DNA of 64,000 bases from Hydrolagus affinis (lineage: Eukaryota): contig JAAILG010000024.1 in NCBI GenBank assembly GCA_012026655.1, positions 62,001 to 126,000 of the forward strand, read 5' to 3'. Shown piece after piece: positions 52,421-64,000 of the stretch (position 1 is the stretch's first letter; every line of letters starts with the position of its first letter). The translations under genes were made by a program, and so were the position numbers. The notes beneath the pieces were generated by a model. It saw nothing but the letters and a program-made list of their open reading frames with translations. It was not told the origin of the DNA and did no database searches.

Positions 52421-53909
52421 TAATTTTAATGTCATCTTTGTCACAAAGAAAACTGGTATTCCACACTTTAATAATATTTTTTTGTGCAATAGACAGATCG
52501 AAAAGAATGTGGTGCTGCATTTCAATATAATTTCCACGTTTCTGACATCGAACGTGACCTCTCGTCTAAGCCGGAGTGTCCACAATTAGTCCTCATTAGT
52601 GTTAACTCCTGGCTGCTTTGATCTGTGCCATCCTTGTCACTGGGGGATGGAGTGATTGCCTGAGATTCTTTCACTTGAGATGCTGGAAAGATGAGGGAGG
52701 AAGCTTTCATTCCACCACACTTAATCAGATCAAAACTAGTTGGACTCAAAGTCAAATTTGATTCTTTATTGAAATAAACGTCAAACAGTCTCCCGTGTGT
52801 TCCATATGTTTTCCCGAATTGCTAATTATTTCAAAGTATTAAAACCATAAAAACTCAGCAGCTTGTAGTGTAATTTGAAGCATATACGCATAGTGTGTTA
52901 ACTAAATTATTAATAAACCTTACATTTGATAAGGCAACAGTATTTATCTCAAAGCACATCACAGATCCTTGTGTAGTGACTGTGTTTTGTGGGTAAGCAC
53001 GGCAGCCAATTTGCATGCTGCAAAAACTCACAAATAACTGTGAAATAATAACTATACAAAGCCAATAATTACTGGCACATCCTGTGAAACTGTTGAATTG
53101 TTTTAAATCTTTAAGAAACAATTTTAGATTTGTTTTTGAACATCTATGAGGTTAACCTATTTTTGGGTGAGGGTTCATTTACTTTAAAAAATGTTATCTC
53201 TTTTGTGTGGGACCTCATGTGTTATTATTTATTTTGTTCTAGATTACATCACAGGTGCCTTGTATGCAATATTATGTTGTGGGGAGAGGGTGTTACTAAT
53301 TGAGATGCAAATAGGAAAAACCTTAATAAATAACATTAAAGGATTGATCCAATGCTAGGTATCCAACCAAGTAATTTGGATTAAGGAAAGATTAGGTAAT
53401 GCTTGCTGCATTCATGAAGAGCAGCAAAATTTAATTTAATTTAATCTGATTGCTTATGTTAAAAATTCACAATTAATCCAACGAATCCATGTCAACTAGA
53501 AGAGAAGACCAGCACCAAGTGCTGCCAGTTTCTCCCATTTGCTTTTGAACCTGAGAAGTTAGTAACAGTGGGGCTATTTTTCCATTTCTGTGTCACGCAA
53601 GTCAATTAACCTCCATTGTTTCAGACTGCATTTTGATTGAAAAATTCAGAGTGGAAGTGAATTTACTGATGTAATGTAAATGGGATTATAGAACCATTAG
53701 CCTCAGCACTAAATTAATCACTCTCTGATATGGCTAATAACGTTTTGTAGCATTGAAGAGAACAATTGATAGAGAAATCCCTTTTAAGTCCTGCATTACA
53801 AGGGCAGGTTTCATATATTTAAAATAAAAGCTTAAGAATCTAACTTCCATTTCCTTCAGTCCCAAGCTCCAGCCTTAGACCGAGGCGGAGTGCAGGTTTC
53901 AAGACCCGC

Positions 53910-54113
53910 ATGCAAGGTCAGGATGAAATCTTGGGTAAGTTTCCTTACTCCACACGTCTGATAATGATCCCTCAAAAAAAAATTGCTCATTTCAATCCAC
54001 GACTGTTTGTGGGACACTAATGTGCGCAATTGGCTGCTGTGTTTCGTCCACAAATATACTTTACAGTATATTCTGTGAAGTGCTTTAAGATGTTTAGAAG
54101 ACATGAAAAGCGC
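53910..54113 (+). mobile_element. tRNA-derived SINE, short variant, degraded head
   Basis: Family match. Confidence 0.9.
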
Positions 54114-54179
54114 AGATATTAGGCTGGGTGCCTAATTGCTGGTAATTCTGACCTGTGCCCTGTGCGAAACACTGATTGT

Positions 54180-54436
54180 CCAGCGCTTTGGGACATCCTC
54201 CCGACGTGAAAGTGGCTGTGCACATGCAGTTTTGTTGTTGTATCTCTCAGCTATCTAATGATGGAAACTTCTGATCTTGAACTGTTAATGGCGACATTGC
54301 TGTAGTATGATAGCTTATTAGTAGCGGCCGAGTTAACAGGGACATAAAAGACGTTGATTAATCCTATAACATTTCCTTCATCACAGCACATTGGGAAGTC
54401 CTCCTGACGCTCTATAAATGTAATTTTGTTGTTGTT
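54180..54436 (+). mobile_element. Two L2 3' termini (54180-54241 and 54385-54436)
   Basis: Terminal motif plus (TTG)n. Confidence 0.85.
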
Positions 54437-55659
54437 CATAAGAATAATTCTGGTAAAGGTCAAGAGCAAGGAAGAAATGGTGCTTGTCAATCTTATTTCT
54501 GATGGATAGCTGATGTCCTAGAGTTTTGCTGCACTAGGGAAATGAGCAAATCTCTTGTATCATCATAGTTATTATAATTTTTTTTACTTCATTTCGTGAG
54601 GCTTGTAAATGCAAGACTTCCTAACATCAAATTCATGGTTTAAAGTTTAATAGCTTGCCCTTGCATCTGCTGGATATTGAATTGATACTGCCAGAACTTA
54701 TTATGTTTGAAATACTTATTATCAGAGGTGGACATAATGTGTTCAAACCCTCTGTCTCTGTTACAGTCAAACCTGGATCCCAGAGGCAGACATTTCTTCT
54801 GAATAGTGTCCTAATGCACTGCGTTATCTGTTACCTTAATGTATTGTGACATATTTTGTGAATCACCACATTCAACTTTCTGGAAACCCTGAGGTGTAAC
54901 GGAGATAATGATGTGTTGCTTTCAAGTCTGGCATGTTTAAAATGTCCTGTTAGTCAGCCAATTAAAATGACGTTTCGCCAAATATGCTAAACGGACAAAA
55001 AGAAGCTTGAAATCATCACGGACTCTGTAAACCATATGAAAACAAAAGCTTAAATTAAAGCAAAATATTTAGAAGTCAGACATTTTGCCAGTAATTGCTT
55101 TGAAGACTTTCTCTGTCTGTGCTTTGGATTCTAAACTGAAGCCCTTTGAGACGTAGAGACTCTCACATCACTTTGAGTTTTCTTGCCACTTAGAATTTTA
55201 AACACAGCAGAATAAAATTGATGCAGAATAGAGGGGAAAAAATACTCACTCACACATTCAAATAAGGCGGTAGATTTATACTAAAATCCTCAATACCAAG
55301 GTAGATTTGTGGCAAATGTGGGAAGCGACTGCAGGGAGTGAGGACTCCAGTCTCCACTGACCTGTCACTGAGCACCTTGGAGCCAGAGTTGGCTTCACAA
55401 TGGACAAGTCTATTTGCCAAGGCCCCTCACACGAGGTCCTGAATTAAGTATCTGGTGCTGAATAAACCTGGTACGCGGCATTGGACTTGGACTTTGAGAA
55501 CATCAAAGTGGCTGGCACGTCCCAAGCTATTCTGCAAAGGTTCTCCCACCAACACCATGAAATCATTTGCTTTTATCAAATAATTTCATGGTGGTATTTT
55601 TGTGCTCATGAAAGTGAATAATGAGAAAACTCGCTGCATACTTGTGGGAGAGAGACACG

Positions 55660-55775
55660 GAGAGAATAGAGGCATATGGGAGAAGGGACTAGGAAGGGTG
55701 GAGGCTCCTGTAACACCAGCACAGATAAGTTGGGTGGAACGTCTCGCTTGTGCGCTGTAATGTTCTGCGATGCGC
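55660..55775 (+). mobile_element. CR1 3' end, degenerate
   Basis: gtggaggctc...aacaccagcacagataagttggg...gctgtaatgttct. Confidence 0.65.
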
Positions 55776-57344
55776 TTGAGGAATCATTCATTAAATCATA
55801 ATTAAAAATGGACTGCGTCAACTCAATTTTGTGTCTGTGATCAGCTTGGATTTTCCCACCTGCTCTTGCCAAGATCATCTCCTGCAAGACAGAGCTGGAG
55901 TCTTTCACTGAAAAGGATCATGTCTGCTCTACACAGCACACAAAGGAAATTTTGACTCTGGTAGCAACTTGCTCCTTGCTGCAGCTTTCAATTCATTCTG
56001 ATTGGAGCCATTTCAAAAATTCAAGTGATCTTACCTGTCAGTTGAAGCAACTAATTAGCCCACAAATTGTGCAGTCGTGGTATCTGGTTCTCCGTCACTA
56101 AAGCTCCAGTGTCAGGGTGAGATTGGATATTCTTGATCTGAATTTAATGTTAACTGAATGTCTTCTTGTACAGCTTATATGTACCTCTGCCCTGATTCAG
56201 TTCCTGCGCCCAGTAGAATTCAATTATAAGGCTGATATTTTTTCATCACTTTAACAGATGAGAATTGCATAAGACATGCAGGCAGTCAGATGCAAGTCCT
56301 TTGATAAAATAGGAGGCTTGTTACCCAGCAGGGAGAAGGTGGAAATAAATAACTGCACCATTTATGCTCGTGAAAGACTAACTTGGCTTGGCTCTTTGTC
56401 ACTTATCTGGTGCATAATTTTTGCTGGTGAGGGAACAAACATTTCTGATATTGAAGCGCTTTGAGACATCTAGAAGTCATGATAAGGTGATACATCAAAC
56501 GCAAGGAATATGATTATTATTGACTCGTCTGGAAGGCAGCAGATAACTCTTTGGGAATCTTACAGATTATATCTGTGAGATATCACTAGATTGGTGAGAG
56601 AAACGTTTAGGATTGCTGATTTACAGAGAGCTTTGGGTCTTTCTGACTGCATACACATTAATATACTGGCAGTCTATCGGCTATAAGGGCTTCCATTTGC
56701 TCAATACGCAGCTGGTCTTTCATTCAACAGATTAGTTTTCTTTGTTCAGGGCACATGTATATCATTAGAAATGCAAACTGGGCTGTGAGATACTGATAGA
56801 GCATTTTCAGCCCCTTCATGCCAATACCTGGCATGGGTTTAGGAATCTATTGCTCGAAGCAGCATTTTGCTTTGGGGTGTCATTGCAGTTCTGTGCCTGA
56901 AGTGTAAATTCCTGGCTCATTCAGTAGCACGTTTGCCTCTGGGTATTCAGACCGTGGGTTAAAGATGAACATCTGGACTTTGAGCTGATGCAAGTTGCTT
57001 GGCAGAGACCCAGAAGTGGGTGACCTTTGGCTGGTGAAAGCCCCATGTCTTGGGGAAAGAACAAAAAGTAGGATACGAATAGCAGCCAAGCCATGGCCCC
57101 AAATCGCATGTATGCCCAAATCGAATGATATGCTACATTTCAGACTGCATTCAGGTCCATGATGAAATTCAGCATCCTGATCCTGATTCTGAAATATCCC
57201 GATCATTAGTTTATGGTAATAAGCTTTACTTACAGAGCAAATGTTGGTTGGTGGAGTCATAAAAGTTGTAATTAAAACGCATATCTTTAAATACAATGGA
57301 GTTGAGTAATTGTGAAATCCGCATTCAGTCTTATAAATGCTAAT

Positions 57345-57555
57345 GTATTCACTCTTTGATCCTCTGGCCTCCTTCAAGTCCCGCTTCAAGACCCTCCTCT
57401 TTGACGGTCCCATCGGTCACCCCAAATCCCCCCATTTCTCTCCACTCTCCCCGTCCCCGTCCCCAGCTTGGATCTGAAACAAATGACTGTCGCACCTTGG
57501 GACGTCCTCCTGACGTGAAAAGCGCTTTGCAAGTATAATTTTGTTGCTGTTGTTG
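57345..57555 (+). mobile_element. L2 LINE 3' region
   Basis: ctccttcaagtcccgcttcaagaccctcctctttgac, C-rich UTR and terminal motif. Confidence 0.9.
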
Positions 57556-58232
57556 ATTCACTGAATGGGATCCAGGTGGGAAAATCATCAATATCACATA
57601 ATGCTGACCCTGATAACTCCTATTGCTATTATATATATATATATATTTAAAATACAAGAGCTGTAAAGCCTTCTTTTCAAAATATTGTATTCTACAGAAG
57701 CAATAATCTAAGTGGCTTCAAAACTCCTTTATGCTCATCAATGTTCCTGGCATTCTTTGGCAAGGGCTTTTTGTGACTGAATGTGGGGGTGTATTTGAAT
57801 ATGTATGTGCTTGGCTTGATGCTGCCTTATGTGCTCTCCTGGGTTGGTTATTATTGTTAGTGTTATATAAACCATCAGAGGTGGCTACCAAGGCCTGATT
57901 ATGCTGCTCGCTGGCCTCTAACAGCTTTGCAATTCCATTCAGCAAGAGTAACTAATTGCATAAACATGCTTTTTATTGTTTAGGTATGAAAAGACTTGTT
58001 TGATTACACTATATAGTTTTCCTTTCATGTGAATGAATTCTGTTGGTAAGGGGTGGGTGGGTAGTGGTGGAAGGAAAGGACAGCATAAAATAACTATGCA
58101 AATCCAAATCCCGATTTTATTGTACCTCTCCCATCAACATCACAACACATCACAAGTCATACTGTTTGACAAATCACACTCTTGTCAAGTGACATTTTTC
58201 AATCAAAAAGACTTTCACAAAGTCGAATGTTT

Positions 58233-58250
58233 TGTGTGTGTGTGTGTGTG
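58233..58250. repeat. (TG)9 microsatellite
   Basis: Read directly from the sequence. Confidence 0.95.
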
Positions 58251-59099
58251 TATATATGATATTAGAAAAATTGCATATCGAAAGCCATTTCACTATCTTG
58301 TTTTTCTTCATAGCCTTACAGTGACTTTGGTAAGTAGGAAGATCTCTCTTCCTGTCCATTGAAATGCATTCCTTGCTATGGCTGCCTCTTCTGTATCGGA
58401 GACAAAGGCAGCCTGAGAGAGAGGAAATGTTTTCATTTTGACACCGCTGTTCTCATCATGCAGTTTTCAAATCTGTAAGGGAGAGCGACAAGACCTCATG
58501 AGATGCTACATGGCAATAACTGCTGATGCAATAGACACCGGGAATGGATGATAAGCTATAATTCTATCAAAATGCTCAAGTAATGTAATTTGTAGAACTG
58601 AAAGATAGGCTTCAACTCACTCCCACATAACGTATTCATTACTTTGCTTTTTTTTTGTACAAAACACTATTTGGTTTTCTACCATTTTTCAGTTCTGGCA
58701 TAAGATAGAAATGTATAAGATAGAAATTAGATAAAATTGATTAAAAGGACAGGCAATAAAGTTCCTTGGGACATTTGACCTGAAGGTCTATGTGATAATG
58801 GGACAACCTGCCGTATGGCTTTGTAGGGGAAGAAAGTTTTATCAGTCATGGTTCACTTCCTCATGTAATTCTTCCAACTGAAAGATAGATTTTAATTCAA
58901 TACATATTGGATTATGTATACTGGACTATTCATTAAATTGGTAACAGTTTAAGACCCTCTGTCTGTGAAAAGTATCCCGATCATTAGTTTATGATAATAA
59001 GCTTTACTTACAGAGCAATTGTTGGGTGGTGGAGTTATGAAAGTTGTAATTAAAACGCATATCAATAGTCTCTCACAAAGGTCATAAACCACAAGAGCA

Positions 59100-59635
59100 A
59101 GCGTTACAGTCATTAAATCTGCATTAACCTTGTAGCCATCTTTTATAAAGTGACATTATGAAGATTATTAAAAGAGTGACAAATAACTGGCATTTGCGTT
59201 TAAGCTTTAAACTGGCCTTTTGGGTTTTGCTAACATTTTCATGTCTCTTGCGTTTTGATCCCGAGGGTTGCGATGTCCATCAGAACTGCTCAATTGAATC
59301 ACTGCCTTGTAGCTGGCACCTAAACCGCTATCTATTACATTCCAGATCAATGACATTATAAGACAACATTTATTAAATATTTATTAAAAACTGCATCATG
59401 ACACAGTTTAACAGGACGTAACTTTACCATGAAACACCTTTCACACAAGAGATCCTCACATGCAGTATTTTTTCCAAAATAACTTGCTAGGAATTTCAGA
59501 CATTATTGACCTGGAATGGTTAGCTAGACTAAATGTGTGCAGCAGTTTCCCAAAGAAAGTACAAGCTGAACCAACATCCCCAACCTGGTTTTCAATCCCA
59601 ACCTGTGTTCATGTGAATTCCTTACGAGACTCATT
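59100..59635 (+). mobile_element. Ancient non-LTR ORF2 C-terminal relic
   Basis: NNWHLRLSFK (WxLxLNxxK), IESLPCSWHL, FFQNNLLGISDIIDLE (LFxxLNILxIxDIxxL), VHVNSLR (HxYNTR). Confidence 0.55.
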
Positions 59636-59714
59636 TGAATCTAGAAGGCCTTCAGCCCATCAAGTTGCTCTTTTTAAACGAGTCCATTGTCTTGGCCTCC
59701 ACCACATTTGCTTT

Positions 59715-59780
59715 CACATCCTCCCGACGTGAAAGGCGCTCTAGAAATGTAATTTTGTTGTTGTTGTTGTTGTTGTTGTT
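59715..59780 (+). mobile_element. L2 3' terminus with a long (TTG)n tail
   Basis: Near-consensus motif. Confidence 0.9.
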
Positions 59781-60279
59781 CCTGGTAATGTGTTCCAGTC
59801 ACAGATTGCTCTCTGCAACTGATCCCGATTGAGTGGCTAGGCAAAACCGTGCTCTACCAAAACTGAGAGCGATGAGTCAAATGATCAGGTGCCATTGAAA
59901 AACAACCAGACTTTCTAGACCTTCTGAGGGTTGGAAGGTTAGATGGAGATCCGGGAGGTGGGTGCTGAGGGGTGGAAGGGAAGGATGGTCAGACTGGAAG
60001 AATGCAAATGCTTACAATGGCATGTTCATTGAATCGCAAAATCAATGATATACTTTTTATAGTCGGCCTTAGCTACAAAATGCAAACATAGGCTTGCCAC
60101 AACGTTCTCATCAAATCAATGCAATGTAATGATATCAGTATCAGCATAACTTCCCAGACTGCTGTTTCATCTAATTTAATTTATACTTCAAAATTGCATT
60201 ACTTACATCAGATAAACTAAATAGAAATGTGGGATTACTCTTAATGCTGCCACAATGCATGACTAAGACCTTGTAATGC

Positions 60280-60820
60280 TAGTTAAAACATTCCAATATT
60301 TGAGCAAAGGCACTGGAAATGAAACCTCTAAGTTCAGTGAAAAGTGATAACATACATTGGCTGCCAGATTAATGTGGGTGGGGGGATTACTGTCAAAATC
60401 AATCTGATGTAATTGTCACTGTAGGATCAGTTCATCATGGAGATAATTATACACATTGTACTGGTGAATTAAATTGAGTTTTAAAGATTTACATTCCTCA
60501 TTCTTGAGGTTTGTTGAAGCTGATCCTAATCTCCAAAGGTGGAATAATAACTTGGATTTGCCTTTGCATTAATCTCGCAGAGGAGGATCTTTAAATTTCA
60601 GGGACTATACAGAAAGCTTCACACAATTGGTTCTTCCAGAAGTTATACTGGTAAAAGGTTTCTTAAAGTCCTCAGTGAGGCAATGAATAAAATGGAGAAG
60701 GAGATAAAATTGGTTTCGGATGATATTCTGATGAGCAAAACCATTGAAAGCTCAGTCCATTTTGTGGGAGAAGAAAGATATATCAAAATGTTTAAAATTA
60801 AAATCTTAGATATACTAAAC
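60280..60820 (+). mobile_element. Ancient non-LTR RT relic
   Basis: FQYLSKG, ISKGGIITWICLCIN (VPQGSILGPLLFLIYIN), MEKEIKLVSDDILMSK (NxELxxVSxWLxxNK). Confidence 0.45.
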
Positions 60821-61869
60821 AGATCGGGGTGGGGGGGGGGGGTGTGGTTCGCATGGTGTGAGATCCAGCTAAGTGTAAATGTTTCTGGTTCAGGTCTAGA
60901 AAATCCCAGTACAATTCTGGATACCCGAAGTCTGGTAAGCCAGGGTTTACTTTACTGTGTTCCACTTGTGTGCTTGCAAGTATTGTGTGTTTGTGAACAG
61001 AACGGCCCAATTATAAGTTTAGGAAACAACATCATTTTCAGAGCAAGTTCTTCGTTGAGTGGTTAATTTACATTTTGGACATTACCTTTCTGTCAGAAAG
61101 GAAATCGATCTTGAGCATGGAACAGAAACAAAGTGTTGTTGAGTAAGGATCTTACTGAGCTTTTATGCTACCATCTACTCAAAGCCATCAACTGGGATTA
61201 AATGGTCTACATGCCGAGAGACCTCTGAACCCCTTCAATTCTATGTGAAGCGATCAAGACACCATCCGGTGTGAAAGGCATTGTATAAATGCAAGTTGTT
61301 GTTGTTCTTTTAAGGAGTGGAGAAGCAACAAAGTCAAATTTGCTGCACCGTGGACTGTGGTGAAGCAAAATAAGTAGCTCACAGGTTGCCTTTGTTACTA
61401 CATGAAAAAATTACATATTCCCCATTCTCCTTTGCAGACCTCCCCGCTACTATTGTATGCACTTCAAATGCGTTCCCAGTTACTTGGGATAGACAGCGAT
61501 GAGGAAACCTCATTGTCTAATCTCATTAAGCCCTTTAAGCAGAAACCCATTTTCACCTCTGATAGCTAAAGTCATGCAGAGAATATTCAGTGTAATATGC
61601 ATGAAAAAATTACAACAAATATTTGAATGGTCGCTCAATTACCTCAGAGCTTGCGTGTTTAATAAAGCAAAAAACAACAGAAAGTGAATCTGGCAACTCA
61701 TAGAAGGGGAAACACGTTAAAGAGCTATTAGTAACTGACCTTGACAATGATTTGGATTATATTGAGATAGATTGTTGTTATTATTCTAAAACGTACCAAA
61801 TTCCAGGCATTTTTATCAGTTTATGCCAATTAATTGCTTTGCGCTGTCTTGTCTATAAATGAGCATTTT

Positions 61870-62790
61870 TTCCAATCAAAAAAATCTGGTAACACTGGAA
61901 GTTGGAATCCCTATTTTATTGCCTTTCACATGGAATCTCACAGCTGTTGTAAAAATTCTCTGAGTACAGTAAGGCTGGAATACGTGGAAAGCAGAGGAAT
62001 TCAACCCAGTTGATCTGGGAGGTATATGGTGTGTTATTTCTGTTGCTAATTTTTCACTTCTCCACTGAGCAACATGTAATTCCTGGAGATGCATGTCAGC
62101 CAGACTCATGAATGCGACAGATATCCAACCACCCACATCACTTGCTTTAAAGTAAACAGCTCACAAGCTAAAAGTGGCTGCAATGGTTCATATCGTCACA
62201 GTGAAAAAAGGATCAGCAACTCCTATACTGTGCACACTCCAGTTCCAATTCGTATCAAATGCTTGGAGTTGCTGAGCTGAGGGATTAAAAGCATTAGACT
62301 GGTTCTGGTGAGTAATAAACTCAGAAGCAGAGATTCCACCATAGATTTATGTTCAAAATTAGACATTGGCATCTGTGGCTGCTTCAGGGATTATAGAGTA
62401 TCTCTTGTGAGATAACATCACAGTGAGGTATAATTCAGTCTCTCCAGCTATCACTGTGGTGTTTGTTATCTGATGGCCTATCCTGATACTATGAGACTGA
62501 AGATTATTCCAAAACTAAATGGATGAGTGAGTTTGGGGATGGGGGAGGTATTACACGGCAAGGGATTGGATAAATGTGTGTTACTGATTTTTGTGGCACA
62601 GCTGAACAGTACCAATCTTTACAAAGAGGATGTTGCATGTTGAAATTGACTGCCAGAACCTGTGGTTGAAACAAAAGGGCATCAATGTACTTCAGAGGAA
62701 ACAATGCACACAGGAAAGAGAAGCGAATGGATGAGTAGCACCTACCACACGAAGACATTTTTTTCTGATCTAATATAAACCTGTTCATTG
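61870..62790 (-). mobile_element. Ancient non-LTR RT relic
   Basis: NRFILDQKKMSSCG, VTHIY, GWISVAFMSLAD and FHVFQPYCTQR (WFxSYLxxR) in order. Confidence 0.55.
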
Positions 62791-63922
62791 TCTTTCTTCT
62801 TATGACAGATTAACTCACTCTGAAGTTCAATGATTGAGATGTTCTTTTCAACGATTGACTGCAGTCCTGACAGACTGGAGCTCAGAATCTAAAGTCTAAC
62901 CCAAAATCACGAGTGGCATTTTAAAGGGTAAACCGCATTCTAGCGAGGGTTAATTGACAGATTAGAAATTACAATTGGGAGAAGTGCACATGGATTAATA
63001 TCTTAAGGCTATGAATCTTTCATCACTGGGGTCTAGTGGTCTGAAATTTCAGTTCATCTCATTGATTTATAGCCTGCAACAGGCCGATTCCAATGGGGGA
63101 AACTCTGGAATATAAGAAATCTGACAACTTACTTTTCTTTTGTCACCTCATTCTTTTCAGGATCATATTGTCTGAAACTGTCCTTGCTTCAACAGTCTGT
63201 CCTTGATCCCTTTTGCAAAAATGTGTTGTATGTTAATAGAAAAATGTACTCTAAGACTTTCTTCCGAGTTGAATTTGTGTAGTGGCGGGGAAGGGAGTTG
63301 TATTTAAGTTTTAAGACAATGGAGACTTTGGCAATGATCTCATATTGTCAGGTGGTTGAATGACCTTCCATCAGTACCCTGATTTCTTTTGGAACAGAGT
63401 GATAATAACAGCAATCTGGGCTGCAAATGTAAAAGAGTTTTTATTAATCGATTCATTTCGCACAAGTACAGCACCTAAAATCAATATCGGCCAAAATGTA
63501 TTGACTGAACAAACATTTTCTGCCACTTAAAAACAGAGAATTTCTCTATCCAGTTGATTCGAGTTTTTTTATACAATCTCAATGGAAATATATTGTAAAA
63601 CACAAAATGTTGGATACACATAGAAACTAAAACCAATGCTACAATGTAATTGCTATGAACCTATGAATTATCTTATTATATACAATAGAATAACATCTAA
63701 TTTTCCTTCTTGTTCTGTTTATTTTTGCTGGGTTTAACAAACAAAATATAATCAAAAATGGTCATGACTGCTTTTGTAGCAAAGTCATTTTATTGAGTTT
63801 CTCTTACATGATTAACAAATTCATTGGATTTTTGCATTATTTAGTTTCACTTGTCCAAGTAAGACTAAATAATTGTGATTATTTAAGAACACAAAATGTA
63901 CTTTCGAGCCCCTCAAATCACC

Positions 63923-64000
63923 GAGGTAAACCTCTATTTAGGAAGGGGTTGCGTTCCTGAAAAACGGTTCTCAGATCGAAACGTCCTAAATCGAAACGCG
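63923..64000 (+). mobile_element. Probable left end of a Tigger/pogo-like non-autonomous DNA element, truncated by the window edge
   Basis: ggtaaacctctatttaggaaggggttgcgttcctgaaaaac resembles Tigger-type TIRs; CpG-rich repeated atcgaaacg motif. Confidence 0.45.

Noticed and set aside
56880-57413. 177-aa ORF as a gene
   Set aside because: It is a chimera of antisense L2, a duplicated segment and a SINE-like head, with no recognisable domain

Overview
This is AT-rich vertebrate non-coding DNA (a large intron or gene desert), and I could not confidently identify any protein-coding exon, RNA gene or CRISPR array. The repeat families point to a cartilaginous fish, probably a chimaera such as Callorhinchus milii; this is inferred from recalled repeat consensus sequences, not from a search. 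A younger repeat layer comprises many tRNA-derived SINEs with a DeuSINE-type 3' half, L2 3' ends with (TTG)n tails, CR1 3' ends, a Penelope-like fragment and a Tigger-like MITE end. The main observation is an older layer: much of the apparently unique DNA translates into heavily eroded but colinear non-LTR ORF2 motifs (APE endonuclease, linker, reverse transcriptase; L2/Crack/CR1-group type), at roughly 20 sites on both strands. One of these relics (~9.6-12.05 kb) covers nearly the whole ORF2. Also present are a decayed PIF/Harbinger transposase, two recent short dispersed duplications, several hairpins and one candidate terminal exon. All motif matches and boundaries were judged by eye and are approximate. 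I found no evidence for a genuinely new biological system.
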